Shown: in pieces, positions 38,357 to 51,298 of the stretch
Layout of the letters: each line of letters starts with the position of its first letter
Numbering within the stretch: position 1 is the first letter of the stretch
Origin: Phoronis australis
Taxonomy: Eukaryota > Animalia > Phoronida
DNA: 64,000 nucleotides
Assembly (NCBI GenBank): GCA_002633005.1
Contig: NMRA01000344.1
Coordinates: forward strand, 289,365-353,364
Direction: 5' to 3'
Notes under the pieces: generated by a model
The model's database searches: none
Told to the model about the DNA's origin: nothing
The model's input: only the letters and a program-made list of their open reading frames with translations
Position numbers and translations under genes: made by a program

Positions 38357-39336
38357 TAGTACAGTAGTTGTAGCCCTAAAATATTCTGGGGAGCAATGTT
38401 CTACTTACAGTACTGTGTTCTGTGTTGTCCAACGGACGCAAGGCTGCTTGGCTCCAGAATAGATTAACAAGTAACTGTCACCTGCAGGAGTCCTGTATTT
38501 TAAGAACCAGTTTTCAACACTTAATAACAGCATTAAACTGGTTTTCAAAATCTGGGATCCTTGTACTGAGTGACAATTGCTAATAAATATTTGACAATAA
38601 ATGAATTACTTGTGAATTACTTTTATAAAACTGTAACTTAATTTGCCACTTTGGACAGTTTTGAAAATGAAATCAGCAGCATTTTAACAGTACTAAGTGA
38701 TGGTGTGATCAAGGATATTGCCTTATGTTGTTAGAGAATCAGTTTAATATGTTAACAACATCATTTTATTACAGTGTTTTCAAGTTTGATTTGGTGGGTA
38801 TTTAAGCAAACAATGGCGTGGGGCTTCTCTTCGCAGGAATCTTGAGAATGTGTTTCATGGTTCTAACTCCTACGCCAATTTAAGTTGATATTACTTTGAT
38901 CTCCTTGGTTACCATGGACATGTAGGCTTTGTGGTTCCTGTTCCACCAGTTAAGTGTTTCAGTTTTTGTGTTACTTGGTATGTACACTGTATACATCTAC
39001 TTAATTCCATCTTATTTTCTTATTATGATTTCATGGTCAGGGTGTATTTAAAATCTTGAATTTGTTGCTGATAAAACAAAGAGTTTCATATTAGTAAAGG
39101 AAAGGTACATGAAAAGTTAGTTATTGATTTGTATTCCAGACTCTTCCACAAAACAACCGCGTAAAGTTATCTCCCCTGTGTCGCCTCTGTCATTTGCCAC
39201 TGCAGCTTGGAACTCCAAGCTTGGCAGTATTGAATACGTGAAACGAAAATAATGAAATCTCACCCCTGACCAAAAAGGCAGATTCTGAGAATATATACAT
39301 TGGTGTTAGTTACCGAGTTGATTTCAAATAATTATA

Positions 39337-39503
39337 TGTACATGTAGCCCTGCACATTTATTGGAGACCCGTCCATTGTATACATGTAGCCCTGCACATT
39401 TATTGGAGACCCGTCCATTGTATACACGTAGCCCTGCTCATTTATTGGAGACCCGTCCATTGTATACATGTAGCCCTGCACATTTATTGGAGACCCGTCC
39501 ATT
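39337..39503. repeat. 42-bp minisatellite, 4 copies
   Basis: Unit TACATGTAGCCCTGCACATTTATTGGAGACCCGTCCATTGTA. Confidence 0.93.
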
Positions 39504-40574
39504 CTATGAAGTGCACTTTTTGGTAATCAATTGAATATAATAAAAGTTGGGATTGCAAAAATTTTGGAATAGGAATGTTAACGTAAGTAACAGAACAACA
39601 CAAACGTCTGCTTCACAACTAGATTGGTTTTGGCGGCACTAATTTAACAATTTATAGATATCGCAATAGCGGAGTTGCAACGCCGCCATATTGGAAATGG
39701 GTCAGAATGTTGCATTGTGGTTAAGCCGGTAAACAAGTACGTCGGCAAGCGTGGGGGCGAACCGGCCACAGGGAGGTTATACGTATTGTGTGCTTGGCAT
39801 GGTTGTGTGGTTGAGGCTACCTGATACAGGTAGTGAACACCACTCAAAAACCACTGCGCACTGGTGGGAAGTCTACAACTGGCAGCAGCATCTATGTACT
39901 CTCAAAATCATTTCGAATATTCTAACAATACAGGCCCGAAAAGGTTTACTCAGTTTTGCGGAAAAATTTAATCGCAGATTGATTCTTGAAGCGATTGGTG
40001 TCTCGCAGAGCCGCATGTCTACATCTGAAAAAGAGCATTTTTGCGGTAAATGGTCTTAAGTCACAATTCAGTTTCTTTGGTGGAACTACGCCATTTCAAC
40101 TATCAAACCAAAAATAACGAATATTTTCATACGTAGCTACGTCAGAGGAATTACGATAGGGAGGGGAAAATGTTTACTAAAGGCGGCCTTATTATATGCC
40201 CACATATTTTATATGAGGGTCATATCTGTCCGGAGTCCGCTGCTGTACTTTTAAATGCCTTGCAGAATCTTGATGAGATTTGGCAAATGTGTATCTGTGA
40301 AGCAGATCAGGGCGTAGCATCTCGGTTGGCATTCAGGGCGTTGTAATTGCCTAGACGACGACGAATTTCAGGCTAATCCGACTACTGCTGTATACCTAGT
40401 AGCAATTTATTTTTTTATGCTTGCCTCTGTATCTTTTGAGTTCTTTGGTGGATTTTCGCGAAATTTTGAAAATACGTTTTTATTAAGGAGGCGATGACGC
40501 TTCCAATTTTCGGACGGACTTACGCCACCTAGTGGCCATTAATTTTTTAATAAGTTTTAGTCGTTATCCTCTCT

Positions 40575-40818
40575 CATGCGCGCACCCAGCCTTTAATATG
40601 GGGGGCTTGAATCTCTGACAAAGTGGACCTTTTGCTAACAAAAAGCGGGAGGATTAAAAAAACGGGGTACCACCTTCAGGTTTGTGGACTATGCGTCTGC
40701 GCCTTTTTAGTGGACTTTTGTCTCGTTTTCTCGGACTTTTTGTTTTGAGGCGGACCATTTTACCCACTTCGCCAAATGGGGGGGCTCCTTCGAGCCCCTC
40801 CCCCTGGGTGCGGGCATG
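40575..40818. mobile_element. MITE with CATG..CATG termini, 5-bp TSD
   Basis: TIRs CATGCGCGCACCCA / TGGGTGCGGGCATG; TCTCT on both flanks; second copy at 59099-59346. Confidence 0.8.
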
Positions 40819-41009
40819 TCTCTATCCGCTAAACAATTCAAATGACCATTATGAACATTGGCAGGTTTTTCCTGATGAGCTGACTGCAACTGTCATTGAT
40901 TTTCTGTCGGTTTTACTTCCTTGGCGCCACCTAATGGCAATTTGTTTTTTGCGTTCATACAGCTGGATCTCCTTAACTCTTTGGAAAATCTTTTTTGAAA
41001 ATTGGCTGA

Positions 41010-41575
41010 GGGCTGTTCCAGTAAAATCTGTGTGGGAGGGGGGGAAGGCACCTTTTTTTCACACCCACCACCCATATTTTTCATTTATTTCTTCAGCCTA
41101 CCAACCGTAATTTTTTAAGTTTGAAATGCAACCACCCGTAATTTTTTTGTTCTTGTGGTTGACTGCACAGGCGCTTGAGTTTATCTGTTCCTCCATCACC
41201 ACTAACGTCATTCATTACTAAGAAAACACATGTTTCTTATATGGTTATTAGCCATCGAGAAATTCGAGTACCTGTGGCTAAATGGTGTTATGGGCATGCC
41301 GATGAGGAGATTGGAGGGAGTGAAAAAGTCGGAGCTTTTTGCAAGTTGCATTTTTGTTTCAGTTTTTGATTCTGTGCGGATTGTTTATAAAATTTACTTA
41401 AATTACCCACCGTCAAACATTTGTGGCCCAATGAAACAACAACGACCTGTGAATTTTTATTTTTTTTTTTTTTTGAAGTACGACCACCAGCCATTTTGAC
41501 TTTAAATCAAACGCAACCACCCATAAATTTTTGTTTCAGTTGCCTTCCCCCCCACAGATTTTGCTGGAACAGCCC
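41010..41575. mobile_element. PIF/Harbinger-like MITE
   Basis: TIRs GGGCTGTTCCAGTAAAATCTGTG / CACAGATTTTGCTGGAACAGCCC; TGA 3-bp TSD. Confidence 0.85.
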
Positions 41576-44500
41576 TGATGTGTTCCTGTGACGATGGCAA
41601 CAGATGAGGAAGATTTTCATACCAATACGACTACAGCTTGGTCCCTTAGTGCGTGACTATTTTACATTTTTTTACGTTTGCCTCTGTCATTTGAGTTACT
41701 GGTGGATTTTCGTGAAATTTGGCTGATATGTTTCTACAGTATAAGGAGACAACAATGCCTTCTCACTGCTGGGCGGATTCGGCATATTCTGCGCCACCTA
41801 CTGATCATTTTTATTTTTTCTACTCTGTTTTGGCGTCCGCAGCGTTTTCATCCGCCAAACTGCTCAAAGGATAATTATTAAACTTATCACTTGTGTTCCT
41901 GACGGTGGGCGCAAGTCGTCACAGATCGGTGCTAATAGCTTTCTTTGCAGCGATAGAATCAAGACTTCACTGATTAATCTCGGCCGTACACACACAAGTC
42001 TATTGAACAAAACGCACGACTTCACCTCTGTTCTAGTATGCTCCAGTCAGTTCTGCCAAGTGTTGACTTGTGAGCTCTCGAGTCACTTCTAGCAACTGTC
42101 ACAATCGTTGATTCGATAACTTGGTGTCTATATACCTGACTTACTATTGACTATTGTTGTAACTGCTGACCCTGTAACTGCTGAGTTCAGAACTATAACT
42201 GAAACTTTGAAACTAGCTATCACTTACGCATGCCTGAGTACTTATAATCTCTTAACAATGTTCCAGGACAATTCACTCACAGTGTAGAACTTTCCGGAAT
42301 CTCCCCATCCATTCTACAAACAAATCCGGCTCCAGAAGGCGTCGACTTGAATTTTCTCACATCCTATTGAAAACGAATAACGTAATCATTGGCCATGTCA
42401 ATCAAGTGCTATTTGCTAGTCAACAACATACAAAAATAAAAAACGAGTATTAGTGTACTCCTGGCACCGCTCAGTTATCCGAGTACATTAATCAAAACCT
42501 GTTGTAGTTTACCTGCATTATATCACGACGTTTGTTATGATTCATGAGTGTCGCATCTAGCACATGTACGTCACTCAAAGCTCAATTGAGTTTGCGGCAG
42601 ATGATTGACATAGTCCCTAGATTTATTCAAGTATGAACCTCTGAACCCAAATTCATGTATGTAAACCGACAAACTTAGTGTGGTGGTTAGCAGTTTTTCT
42701 TACTAAACAAAACAGAGGGGTGCGTCGGTGGTATAAACATTTGGATGAATCTCCCCGGGTGCATTCTAGAATCATCGAATTGCCTTTTTGACGTACTGTT
42801 AGGAAGTATTGGACCGGTTACTACATCTACATGCATGGATGCGTACGTGCGTGCGTGCATGCACGTGCGCTGTATGCGTGCTTGCGTGCGTTCATGTACG
42901 TTCAGCCTTTATATTGTTTCTCTAACGTAAGCACTTATCTGTTGGCAATAAAAAACAAATCATCCGTGACAGAGTGACATGAATAGCAGTTTGACTGTAC
43001 TTTGTAATTGAGGTAAGCTGATATGAACAAAGTTGTCGACTTAACAGGAGTAGTTGGTTGACGTCATTATGACAGAGAAATATAAAAAGTTTGAATTTAT
43101 CAATGACATCAATTTTGCATTTAATATCACCCACTGCAGACTTTCCGCAGCAACTGACCGTGCGGATGAATAGCGACGATCACAGCGCAATAACAAATAG
43201 CCGCAGACCGGTTTGGGCAGTCTGCAATCACAAAGGGGAGAAATTTTGTGTTTTAAAGTATGGGCCTTTGTTGGAAATCCATAACCTGTTCAGAAATATT
43301 TTTGTTCCGTGAGACTGAGCATTGGACGCCAGTCGTCACTGACAAGTGCTAATAGCTTTCGGTATGATGATAGACTGATGTTAGATGTTAAACACGAACG
43401 CACGTTCAGAAGTCTACTCAAAACGTCCGACGTAATGTCCAGTCAATGCTGCGACGCCTTCACATGTGATAAAACACTCGGCTCACTTCCATTAATTGTT
43501 AAACTCGTTAGTTCAATAACCCGCTGTCTTTATAGCTGGCTCTCTGTTGATTAACGCTGCAACTGCCGGTTCTGTGTCTTCTGACTTAGGATCTGTAACT
43601 TTGTAGCTAACTCTCACGCAACTGGTTTCTGAGTACTACTAAAACGTTATAATGTTCTGGAACTGATTACCAAGTGCATTTCAGATTTTTCCATAATCTA
43701 TCCAATCATTCTATTAACATATACTAGACTCTATAGTCACTAATATACTGGAACGTAATATAATGTTCTAAAGTGTTCCACTGAAAGTGAATTACGTAAT
43801 CACTGGCCTGACCTCCTATTTCAGGTCAATCAAGTGCTATGTACTAATAAACAAACACAGTAGCCAAATAAAACAAATATGAATGCAATACCTTACCTTA
43901 AGTCCGACTGCTCTGCATCATCCAGACGAAAATCGCCAGATGTGAAAAATTGGCGTCATACGGAAGTAAAAAAAATGAACGTCAATCTTCACGTGTTCTC
44001 CAAGACGTCACAATAGCCCAAGCTACATGGAATAATGTCCAAAACGTCTGTTGAGTCGGACATAAGAAATTGGTCTTAAGGAGAACAAATGTAAAATCAT
44101 CTGAAGTGGTACAGCAACATATTCACTGTGCTAGAAAACATACTTTTCAACTCTTTATTCAGTTTACAGCGCTAGACAACATAGATTTCTCGGGTTACGT
44201 AACAAAACGTTCCAAGAGACAATGCATTGATAAGGTACTAAATTGTGCTAGATACATGACAAGTGAGCATTTCATGCGTAGTCTATCACTGGTTAAGGTT
44301 GATTTGATTCCAGCGAATGTCTAACATATGTCGTCGAGAATTGGCAATTTCCATTTAAATCACAAGATCACAACAGTCTTTATCTTTTTATAACGACTGC
44401 TCAAAGCTAACAACTTCACGAAGTATATCCTAACCAACAAGAAACCCAGATATGCGCGTTCAGATGTAAAAGCGAAAACGTCCCTTTAATAACAATTCTG

Positions 44501-45299
44501 TCTAGGGAGATACCATCCGTACAAGTGACCTTAACCATGTGTCTGCATAACGCTTATTTTTAAGCCAGTACATTTGAATACGACGTTCTGTCAAAACGAA
44601 AGATTGACAAACACTGTTAACAAAAATGCACGAAATTTTGTTGTCACAAAGTTTTCAGAAAAAAAAACGTTGAAGGCAAATTGCTAAGAATCATGGAACG
44701 GTTTTGCCACTTCCAGTGTATACAGACTAGATGCGGTTTGCATTTTTAATGTTTGTTAGTCTCCAATTCAGCACATTACCACCGAATTTAACAGACCATT
44801 CTTTCTCTGGATATATTGACTATAGTAGTAGGGAAACTTTTGAAGCATTGACATGTTTAGTTTTAGATCCTTACCATTTTTATATCAACTTTTGTTATTG
44901 CCAAAAACAGCTCATGCACGTTTAATCGTATCATTATGCCGTTGCCTAAAACCACTATCGAGATTATTCAAGATATATTAAAACGGACTCTATAGGGCTG
45001 TCATAACTTCTTCAAAAGACGTCGAGGCTTTGTTTTGATCATGTTTTAACCGGTACAGTAGTCGAATCTCTTTGAGGCTAGTCAAATAATTTCGTTCTAT
45101 CTCTGTCTTGAAAATCAACTTGAAAATTAACCACAAGATAGGCAAATCTAATTTTTATTCATGAAAGGCTTTCATCTCGGAGGTGATTGTGTCTTGATTT
45201 TTTTACTGTGTTAGCAGACCAATCAGCTGGTTTTCCAATATTGACATGACGGACTGAAAAAACAGCAAAGGTTTTCAATACATTGAGGCAGACCTGACG

Positions 45300-45700
45300 G
45301 AAACTTCCGAAACGCCTGATGTTACCGTCTGCATACTGAGTTATTCGTCGTCGTCAATCATGTCCGATCACGAGAACCATTATCTCAGTACAAGTAATAA
45401 ATGAATAGGGAGACAAAGAATCACCTTGTTCAACTCCACGTGAAATCTCACACAAGCATGACGGTAAGCCGTTGACTATGTTTTTGTAAAATACACAGAC
45501 CCAGCGCTTAATGCAACAAACAAGTCAAACGCTTTCTCAAAATCAATTATCAAAAGCAACTCACGTTTGCCAAAATTGTCAACATAATATAACAGATCGT
45601 AAAGCACATGTATTCTCATTCATAATCCTTCCCGAAATGAATCCCGTTCAGGCAAAAATCACAAGACACAATCGAATACTTAAAATAAAGTGAACGTTTC
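45300..45700 (-). mobile_element. Degenerate L1/Tx1-like LINE reverse transcriptase fragment
   Basis: Minus-strand translation gives GFISGR, AFD, VNG..ISRGVEQGDSLSPYSF and QYADG in RT order, with stops and frameshifts; may extend toward about 44.1 kb. Confidence 0.7.
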
Positions 45701-47779
45701 GACCGTCAATGGCAGTGATCATCTTTAGAATGACGGTTATGTGAAGTTGCAGTCACTTGATGAAGTTCCTGCTCTAGGCCACGACCAATATCATACATGC
45801 CAGTCATGGACGATCACAAATGTTCAAATTAATTATAAATACTCGACTGTGCATCATGAAATGCCTCCCCTCATTGTTTTAAAATACCCAGAAGCGTAGA
45901 TTATGTTGTCTGTAACTGCTTAAGATAATTAGACGATTCGTTCAAGGTGACTTGTAGGTTCAAGAAGCAGAGGATACATTGTTCTCACGTGTACACTACA
46001 GCCTGCATCCATTGTTTATTAAATATTATCTTGTAAGATAATGAGTAATAATGAAAGAGCTTGGAATTTATTTTAATTATTGGCGGCGTACCATAGGGGA
46101 CTAGGATGTTATAGCCCTCACTTAGTTTAGTGCTGCGTCGTCCATGGGCATGGGTGGCGCGCACCATAGAGGTCTGAGGAGCTATAATCACCCACTAATT
46201 TCATTGCTTCGCCGCCCATGTTAATGCAATGAAGAAATATTTAGTATTATATAGGTTCTGGCATAATGCAACGCAAACATATGATTTAGGATTTCTATCG
46301 GAGACGCCTATAAAACTGGACGCCTGCGATTAAAATAGTACACATGCATACAAATGTATTTGTATAGGTATAAGGGAAAACTGAACCTGGGAAATACCCG
46401 ACACCTTTATCGATATGTTCTCACACCGTGTTATATACAGTTGTTTGCAGAGATGGTCAAGCGACGTTGAAAACAATTCCAAGTTAAACTATTTCTCTCA
46501 ACTTCAAATAGAGTAAATAACCGAGTTAAATTTATGAAGACTGCCTAAAAGTGTCAAATAGCCCTTGACGCGACTTTACTGTGCCACTCGTGACTTACCA
46601 ACTGTCGACACCGACTTTTTCTGTTCTCGTGCATGTCTTTTGTCCAATTAACTTAGTCGAATCTGAATATCATTTTGTACTTGTCTGCTCAGGGGTCTGA
46701 TTCATGAAAAGTCACTTAATACATACGACAGAAATTTGGTCATACGCTCTCACTTCACAAGTAGCCAAATAATTAAGAGAGCGTCACTGTCTTGGAATAG
46801 TTCAGAGAATATCTGTAAAAGCAGCAATTAGATGCAAACTCTGAGATTTCACACTTGTGCTCAAGTGAAAGGCAATAAAGAAGACAAATCCTTAAACATT
46901 ACACATTACAGCTTTAAAAAGGTTTATACTTACCAGATTGGGAACTACGAAGTTTTCTTATCATAATTCCATGTCAATGTCGAACAATTTAACCACTTCA
47001 TCGAGCCGGGTGAAAAGGTACGGCAGCTGTGAATGAACAGGACGGACATTTTTTGTCTAAACTTATCTCTATCGATAGACATATCCTTATCGATAGACTT
47101 ATCTCTGTCGATAAATCTTTACAGACTGATTAATCTCCATCGATAAATTCATTAAGTTAATACATATATTCGTCCATTCTAGCAATAGAGTTGCTGAAAT
47201 TTTGGCGACTTAAGAAAAGAGTTCGATTGGATTGGCTTGCTGAATGGAGACGGTTGCGCAACCGATTTCCTCTATGGGCATGCTACAAGGTGCCCTTTCT
47301 CCTCTCCCTGTTCGAGGATGTATTGGAAATGATTTACAAAATGTACAGGACTCCAGCTGATTCTCGTTGCAGTAACCGCACTAATTAACAAACCGGAAGA
47401 ACGATTTAATGTATTCTGATCTTCACGTGACTTTGTCAAAAACGAAAAGAGCATCCTTCGAAAACTGGTATGAGAAAGCAAAGTGGAAACTATTTGGCGA
47501 AACCGAGCAAGCAAATTCACAATATAATTATACATGGACTAAGTTTATTCCCAAAGTCACTAAACAATTTAATCAGCATTACATGGTGAGATAAAGTAGA
47601 TTTTTTTCTAAAAATTCACAAAATAACCGTTAAAGGGCAGAAGTTTTCGAAAGTCGACGTTGAGTGCTTCCTTCTTTAGTGTGACCCTGTGACGTTGTGG
47701 GAGTCACGATGATGTCATAGACGCAGGAACCGTTTCTGTTCATGACATTGGATTCTTTTCTAATGCAGATGGATTCCCT

Positions 47780-47995
47780 TAATCTTCTTTTCCAGTGTCA
47801 CTTTGACTATCAACTATTTTTGCCGTGGTGTCAGTGTCGCTTGAGGAGAATCGCGTCAACACGGCTCTGTCGGACAGTGGTTATCCTAAATGGGCGTTTG
47901 ACAAAGTCTATAAAAGAATGGAATAACCGAGAGCTACTTCTGATGAGTAAAGTCGTGATCATAAGAATATGATTGTGATCCCTTACATGAAAGTC
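47780..47995 (+). mobile_element. Penelope-like retroelement remnant
   Basis: ALSDSGYPKWAFDKV..MIVIPYMK resembles the NGYPxW / VIPY motifs downstream of Penelope RT. Confidence 0.5.
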
Positions 47996-49150
47996 AGGTT
48001 GATTTTCTGAATTTTAGAAGAAATTTCTACTCTATTTATTCCCAAAGATGTACTTATGAAGGCATGAAAACACTAGGTGACAAAGCAGCAAAGACTATCT
48101 CTGTATTAAAAAGCACAAGACTTAACATACTGACATCCTTGAGCAAATACAGCTCATTATGTTTGGCGCAAAGTATTACCTATTATACTGCATATATGTG
48201 AGATTTTGAGTGTTCATTAAGCGCTGAAATCCTACACAGTGGAGAGGAAAACCTGGTGAAATGACAATGAAGATGTCTTGGTAAGGGCTGTTATCGAGAG
48301 TATCAACTTACCATTGTTATGTTAGGTTAGTGTATGTCATATAATAATGAGAGAAATGATATATTTATTTACTACCGTAACAGTGACCAGCATAGTTTAC
48401 AATTTTATAATCGAGACAATTTACTTAATTATTCAAAACCACTTGAGGTTATTAATCACTTTGACGACGGAATGGATAGATATGCATAGTTACAAGGAAG
48501 CATCCCGCGTTCATAAGATAACGTAGCGTGTTTACATACCGTCGCGTACGATTTGGAATTATTTGAGGATGACATATCGTAGCCATTGCCTCCTTGATCA
48601 TAAGCGAACTTAAACAATGTATCTTTGACCTTGATACCCAGGATTGGAAGAACAGCCTACTTGTTATAGTTAAAGATTGAATGTATTACGTGATTATAGA
48701 ATAGTTCAAACACCAGCCCCTTAGGATCAAGATAATCGAAGCATTGGTATTAATGAAGACGAGAATATATCCCTGTTGTAACAATGATAAAGTTAAACCA
48801 GAAATACACTGACTTCTGAAATGTAATATATATTCAAATTTGAATGCGTAACTGTTACCGAGATTGAATAACGTGAACGTAATTTCTGCAGACTCAGTTC
48901 GTTTGTACATTTTAAATTCATCAACTTGCTTGTAACCTCGGGTTACTTTCAGCCGCCAAAGAATATGTACGTCAAGGAAATCCACGCATTTTTAATGCAA
49001 AAAAACACAAATCAAACAAGGTATAAGAATACGCCGACCTTGTTTTGAAGAGTTGGCCTGTTATACAATACTAAGGCACGAATGTCAGCATCAGACTGAC
49101 TGATCGGAGCACTCTTGTAAGCGACAACAGTGACACACTGCGCCACTTTC

Positions 49151-51298
49151 TCAAGTTCTTAACATCGCTTTAATCTTAAAGCCCGGAGGGATTAGCGACA
49201 CATTCAGAGAAAACTTCCTGGGGTCACAAGACGGCATACTGTGTTGTTCTTCTGGAAGCAGTTGAAACTTTTGAATAATCGACGTCACAAAGAGCACGAG
49301 ACGTGTGAGCGCCAAATTCTCACCAAAGCAGCTTCTACGGCCCGCGCCAAACGCGTAGAATGATCGTCGGCTTGGATGATCGGGCGGTACCAGATTCCCT
49401 TCACCGTCGAGAAATCTACTCGGTCTGAACGTCCATGGGTCAGCATACAATGCCGGATCGTGATGAACCTTCCAGACATTACAGAGAACGTCTGTGTCTT
49501 TCGGTACTTGGAACCCGCCGACTGTGGTGTCCTCCATAGTGCAATGCGGTAGCAATACAGGGTTCATTGTGAAATACCGTAAAACCTCATGCACAACCGC
49601 CTCACAGTACGGCATTCGGCTGCGATCTTCGGGTTTAGGAAGCCTGTCTTCACCGACGACACCAATTACCTCTTCGTAAATCGCCTGCTGAACGTCCGGA
49701 AAGTTCACCAATAGGAGAATGGTGTAGTAGAGTGAGTTGGACGTCGTAAAGGTTGCCGACAACAAAAAGTCCATTATAATGGCCTTTATGTCGGTGTCAG
49801 TGTATGGATCCAAAGCGTTGTCTTCCATTTGACTAGCGAATAAACCGTCGAAAATACTTTGGGCGTCTGACGAGCTGAAGGAGCTTTTTAAGATGTTGAA
49901 GTGTTTGTCCACAAATTCATCACGTAACTTTACAATGTCATTCATTTTCTTAACGACAGGCAATCCAAAATGTCTAAGCCAGGGAAAGTTATTGATTAAG
50001 GCGCTTTCTGTTGGATGCAGAACTTCAACAAAGCGCTGCGTAAAGTCAATGACTGCTTTCCCATCGGTTTTATCTAACCGTTCACCGAGAATTAACGAAC
50101 AAGTGATATTNGCATACAATGCCGGATCGTGATGAACCTTCCAGACATTACAGAGAACGTCTGTGTCTTTCGGGACTTGGAACCCGCCGACTGTGGTGTC
50201 CTCCATAGTGCAATGCGGTAGCAATACAGGGTTCATTGTGAAATACCGTAAAACCTCATGCACAACTGCCTCACAGTACGGCATTCGGCTGCGATCTTCG
50301 GGTTTAGGAAGCCTGTCTTCACCGACGACACCAATTACCTCTTCGTAAATCGCTTGCTGAACGTCCGGAAAATTCACCAATAGAAGAATGGTGTAGTAGA
50401 GTGAGTTGGACGTCGTAAAGGTTGCCGACAACAAGAAGTCCATTATAATGGCCTTTATGTCGGTGTCAGTATATGGATCCAAAGCGTTGTCTTCCATTTG
50501 ACTAGCGAATAAACCGTCGAAAATACTCTGGGCGTCTGACGAGCTGAAGGAGCTTTTTAAGATGTTGAAGTGTTTGTCCACAAATTCATCACGTAACTTT
50601 ACAATGTCATTCATTTTCTTAACGACAGGCAATCCAAAATGCCTAAGCCAGGGAAAGTTATTGATTAAGGCGCTTTCTGTTGGATGCAGAACTTCAACAA
50701 AGCGCTGCGTAAAGTCAATGACTGCTTTCCCATCGGTTTTATCTAACCGTTCACCGAGAATTAACGAACAAGTGATATTAAATATAGTCGAGTTCAACAA
50801 TGGTCTACAGTCAAATGGCATTCTTTCATAATCAGCAAAGCTTCTCAATAGATCGTCAACTTCTTCTAATATCAAATTCTCTAGTTTTACGAAGCCAACA
50901 CCGTGTGACTTCATTACCGATGTAGCCACTTTTCGTAGGCGGAGCATTTTCGGCGTGTAGCTCTGAAACACAATGTCCTGTGAACCATAAGCTAATACAT
51001 CCGTCACAAAGCTTGGTGGCCTGCCCGCAAAGGCGGCACTCTTTCTGACTAGTGCTTCGTGTACTGTGTCCACACTGCTCAACACAACTGTATTACGACC
51101 GAGAATGTTCAGCGTGTAGACATCACCAAATTCTTCGGCCCACTTAGTCAAAGTCTTGTGAGTGGTCGACGGCTCTAGCTGGTGCGCATTCCCAATAAAA
51201 GGCAACTGTTTCGGGCCTGGTATATGGTGAAGTATAGACGAGTACTTCTTCCACGCTATGTACATACACAGAACGATGACGCCTGCAATAAGGATCAT
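49151..51298 (-). CDS. Cytochrome P450, clan 2 (CYP1/17/21-like); about 492 aa after removing the false internal duplication
   Basis: N-terminal TM anchor, IPGPKQLPFIGN hinge, FAGRP, EVLR (ExxR), PSRF, heme motif FGAGRRSCFG. First in-frame ATG is at 51298 (51316 is TTG). A possible upstream exon ends at 51593 (gtaagt donor; acceptor at 51320) and has an in-frame ATG at 51625. Confidence 0.92.
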   Translation of the reverse strand: MILIAGVIVLCMYIAWKKYSSILHHIPGPKQLPFIGNAHQLEPSTTHKTLTKWAEEFGDVYTLNILGRNTVVLSSVDTVHEALVRKSAAFAGRPPSFVTDVLAYGSQDIVFQSYTPKMLRLRKVATSVMKSHGVGFVKLENLILEEVDDLLRSFADYERMPFDCRPLLNSTIFNITCSLILGERLDKTDGKAVIDFTQRFVEVLHPTESALINNFPWLRHFGLPVVKKMNDIVKLRDEFVDKHFNILKSSFSSSDAQSIFDGLFASQMEDNALDPYTDTDIKAIIMDFLLSATFTTSNSLYYTILLLVNFPDVQQAIYEEVIGVVGEDRLPKPEDRSRMPYCEAVVHEVLRYFTMNPVLLPHCTMEDTTVGGFQVPKDTDVLCNVWKVHHDPALYXNITCSLILGERLDKTDGKAVIDFTQRFVEVLHPTESALINNFPWLRHFGLPVVKKMNDIVKLRDEFVDKHFNILKSSFSSSDAQSIFDGLFASQMEDNALDPYTDTDIKAIIMDFLLSATFTTSNSLYYTILLLVNFPDVQQAIYEEVIGVVGEDRLPKPEDRSRMPYCEAVVHEVLRYFTMNPVLLPHCTMEDTTVGGFQVPKDTDVLCNVWKVHHDPALYADPWTFRPSRFLDGEGNLVPPDHPSRRSFYAFGAGRRSCFGENLALTRLVLFVTSIIQKFQLLPEEQHSMPSCDPRKFSLNVSLIPPGFKIKAMLRT
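49443..50779. other. 668-bp tandem duplication separated by a single N (likely assembly overlap artefact)
   Basis: 49443-50110 matches 50112-50779; about 9 substitutions, identical translation. Confidence 0.85.
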
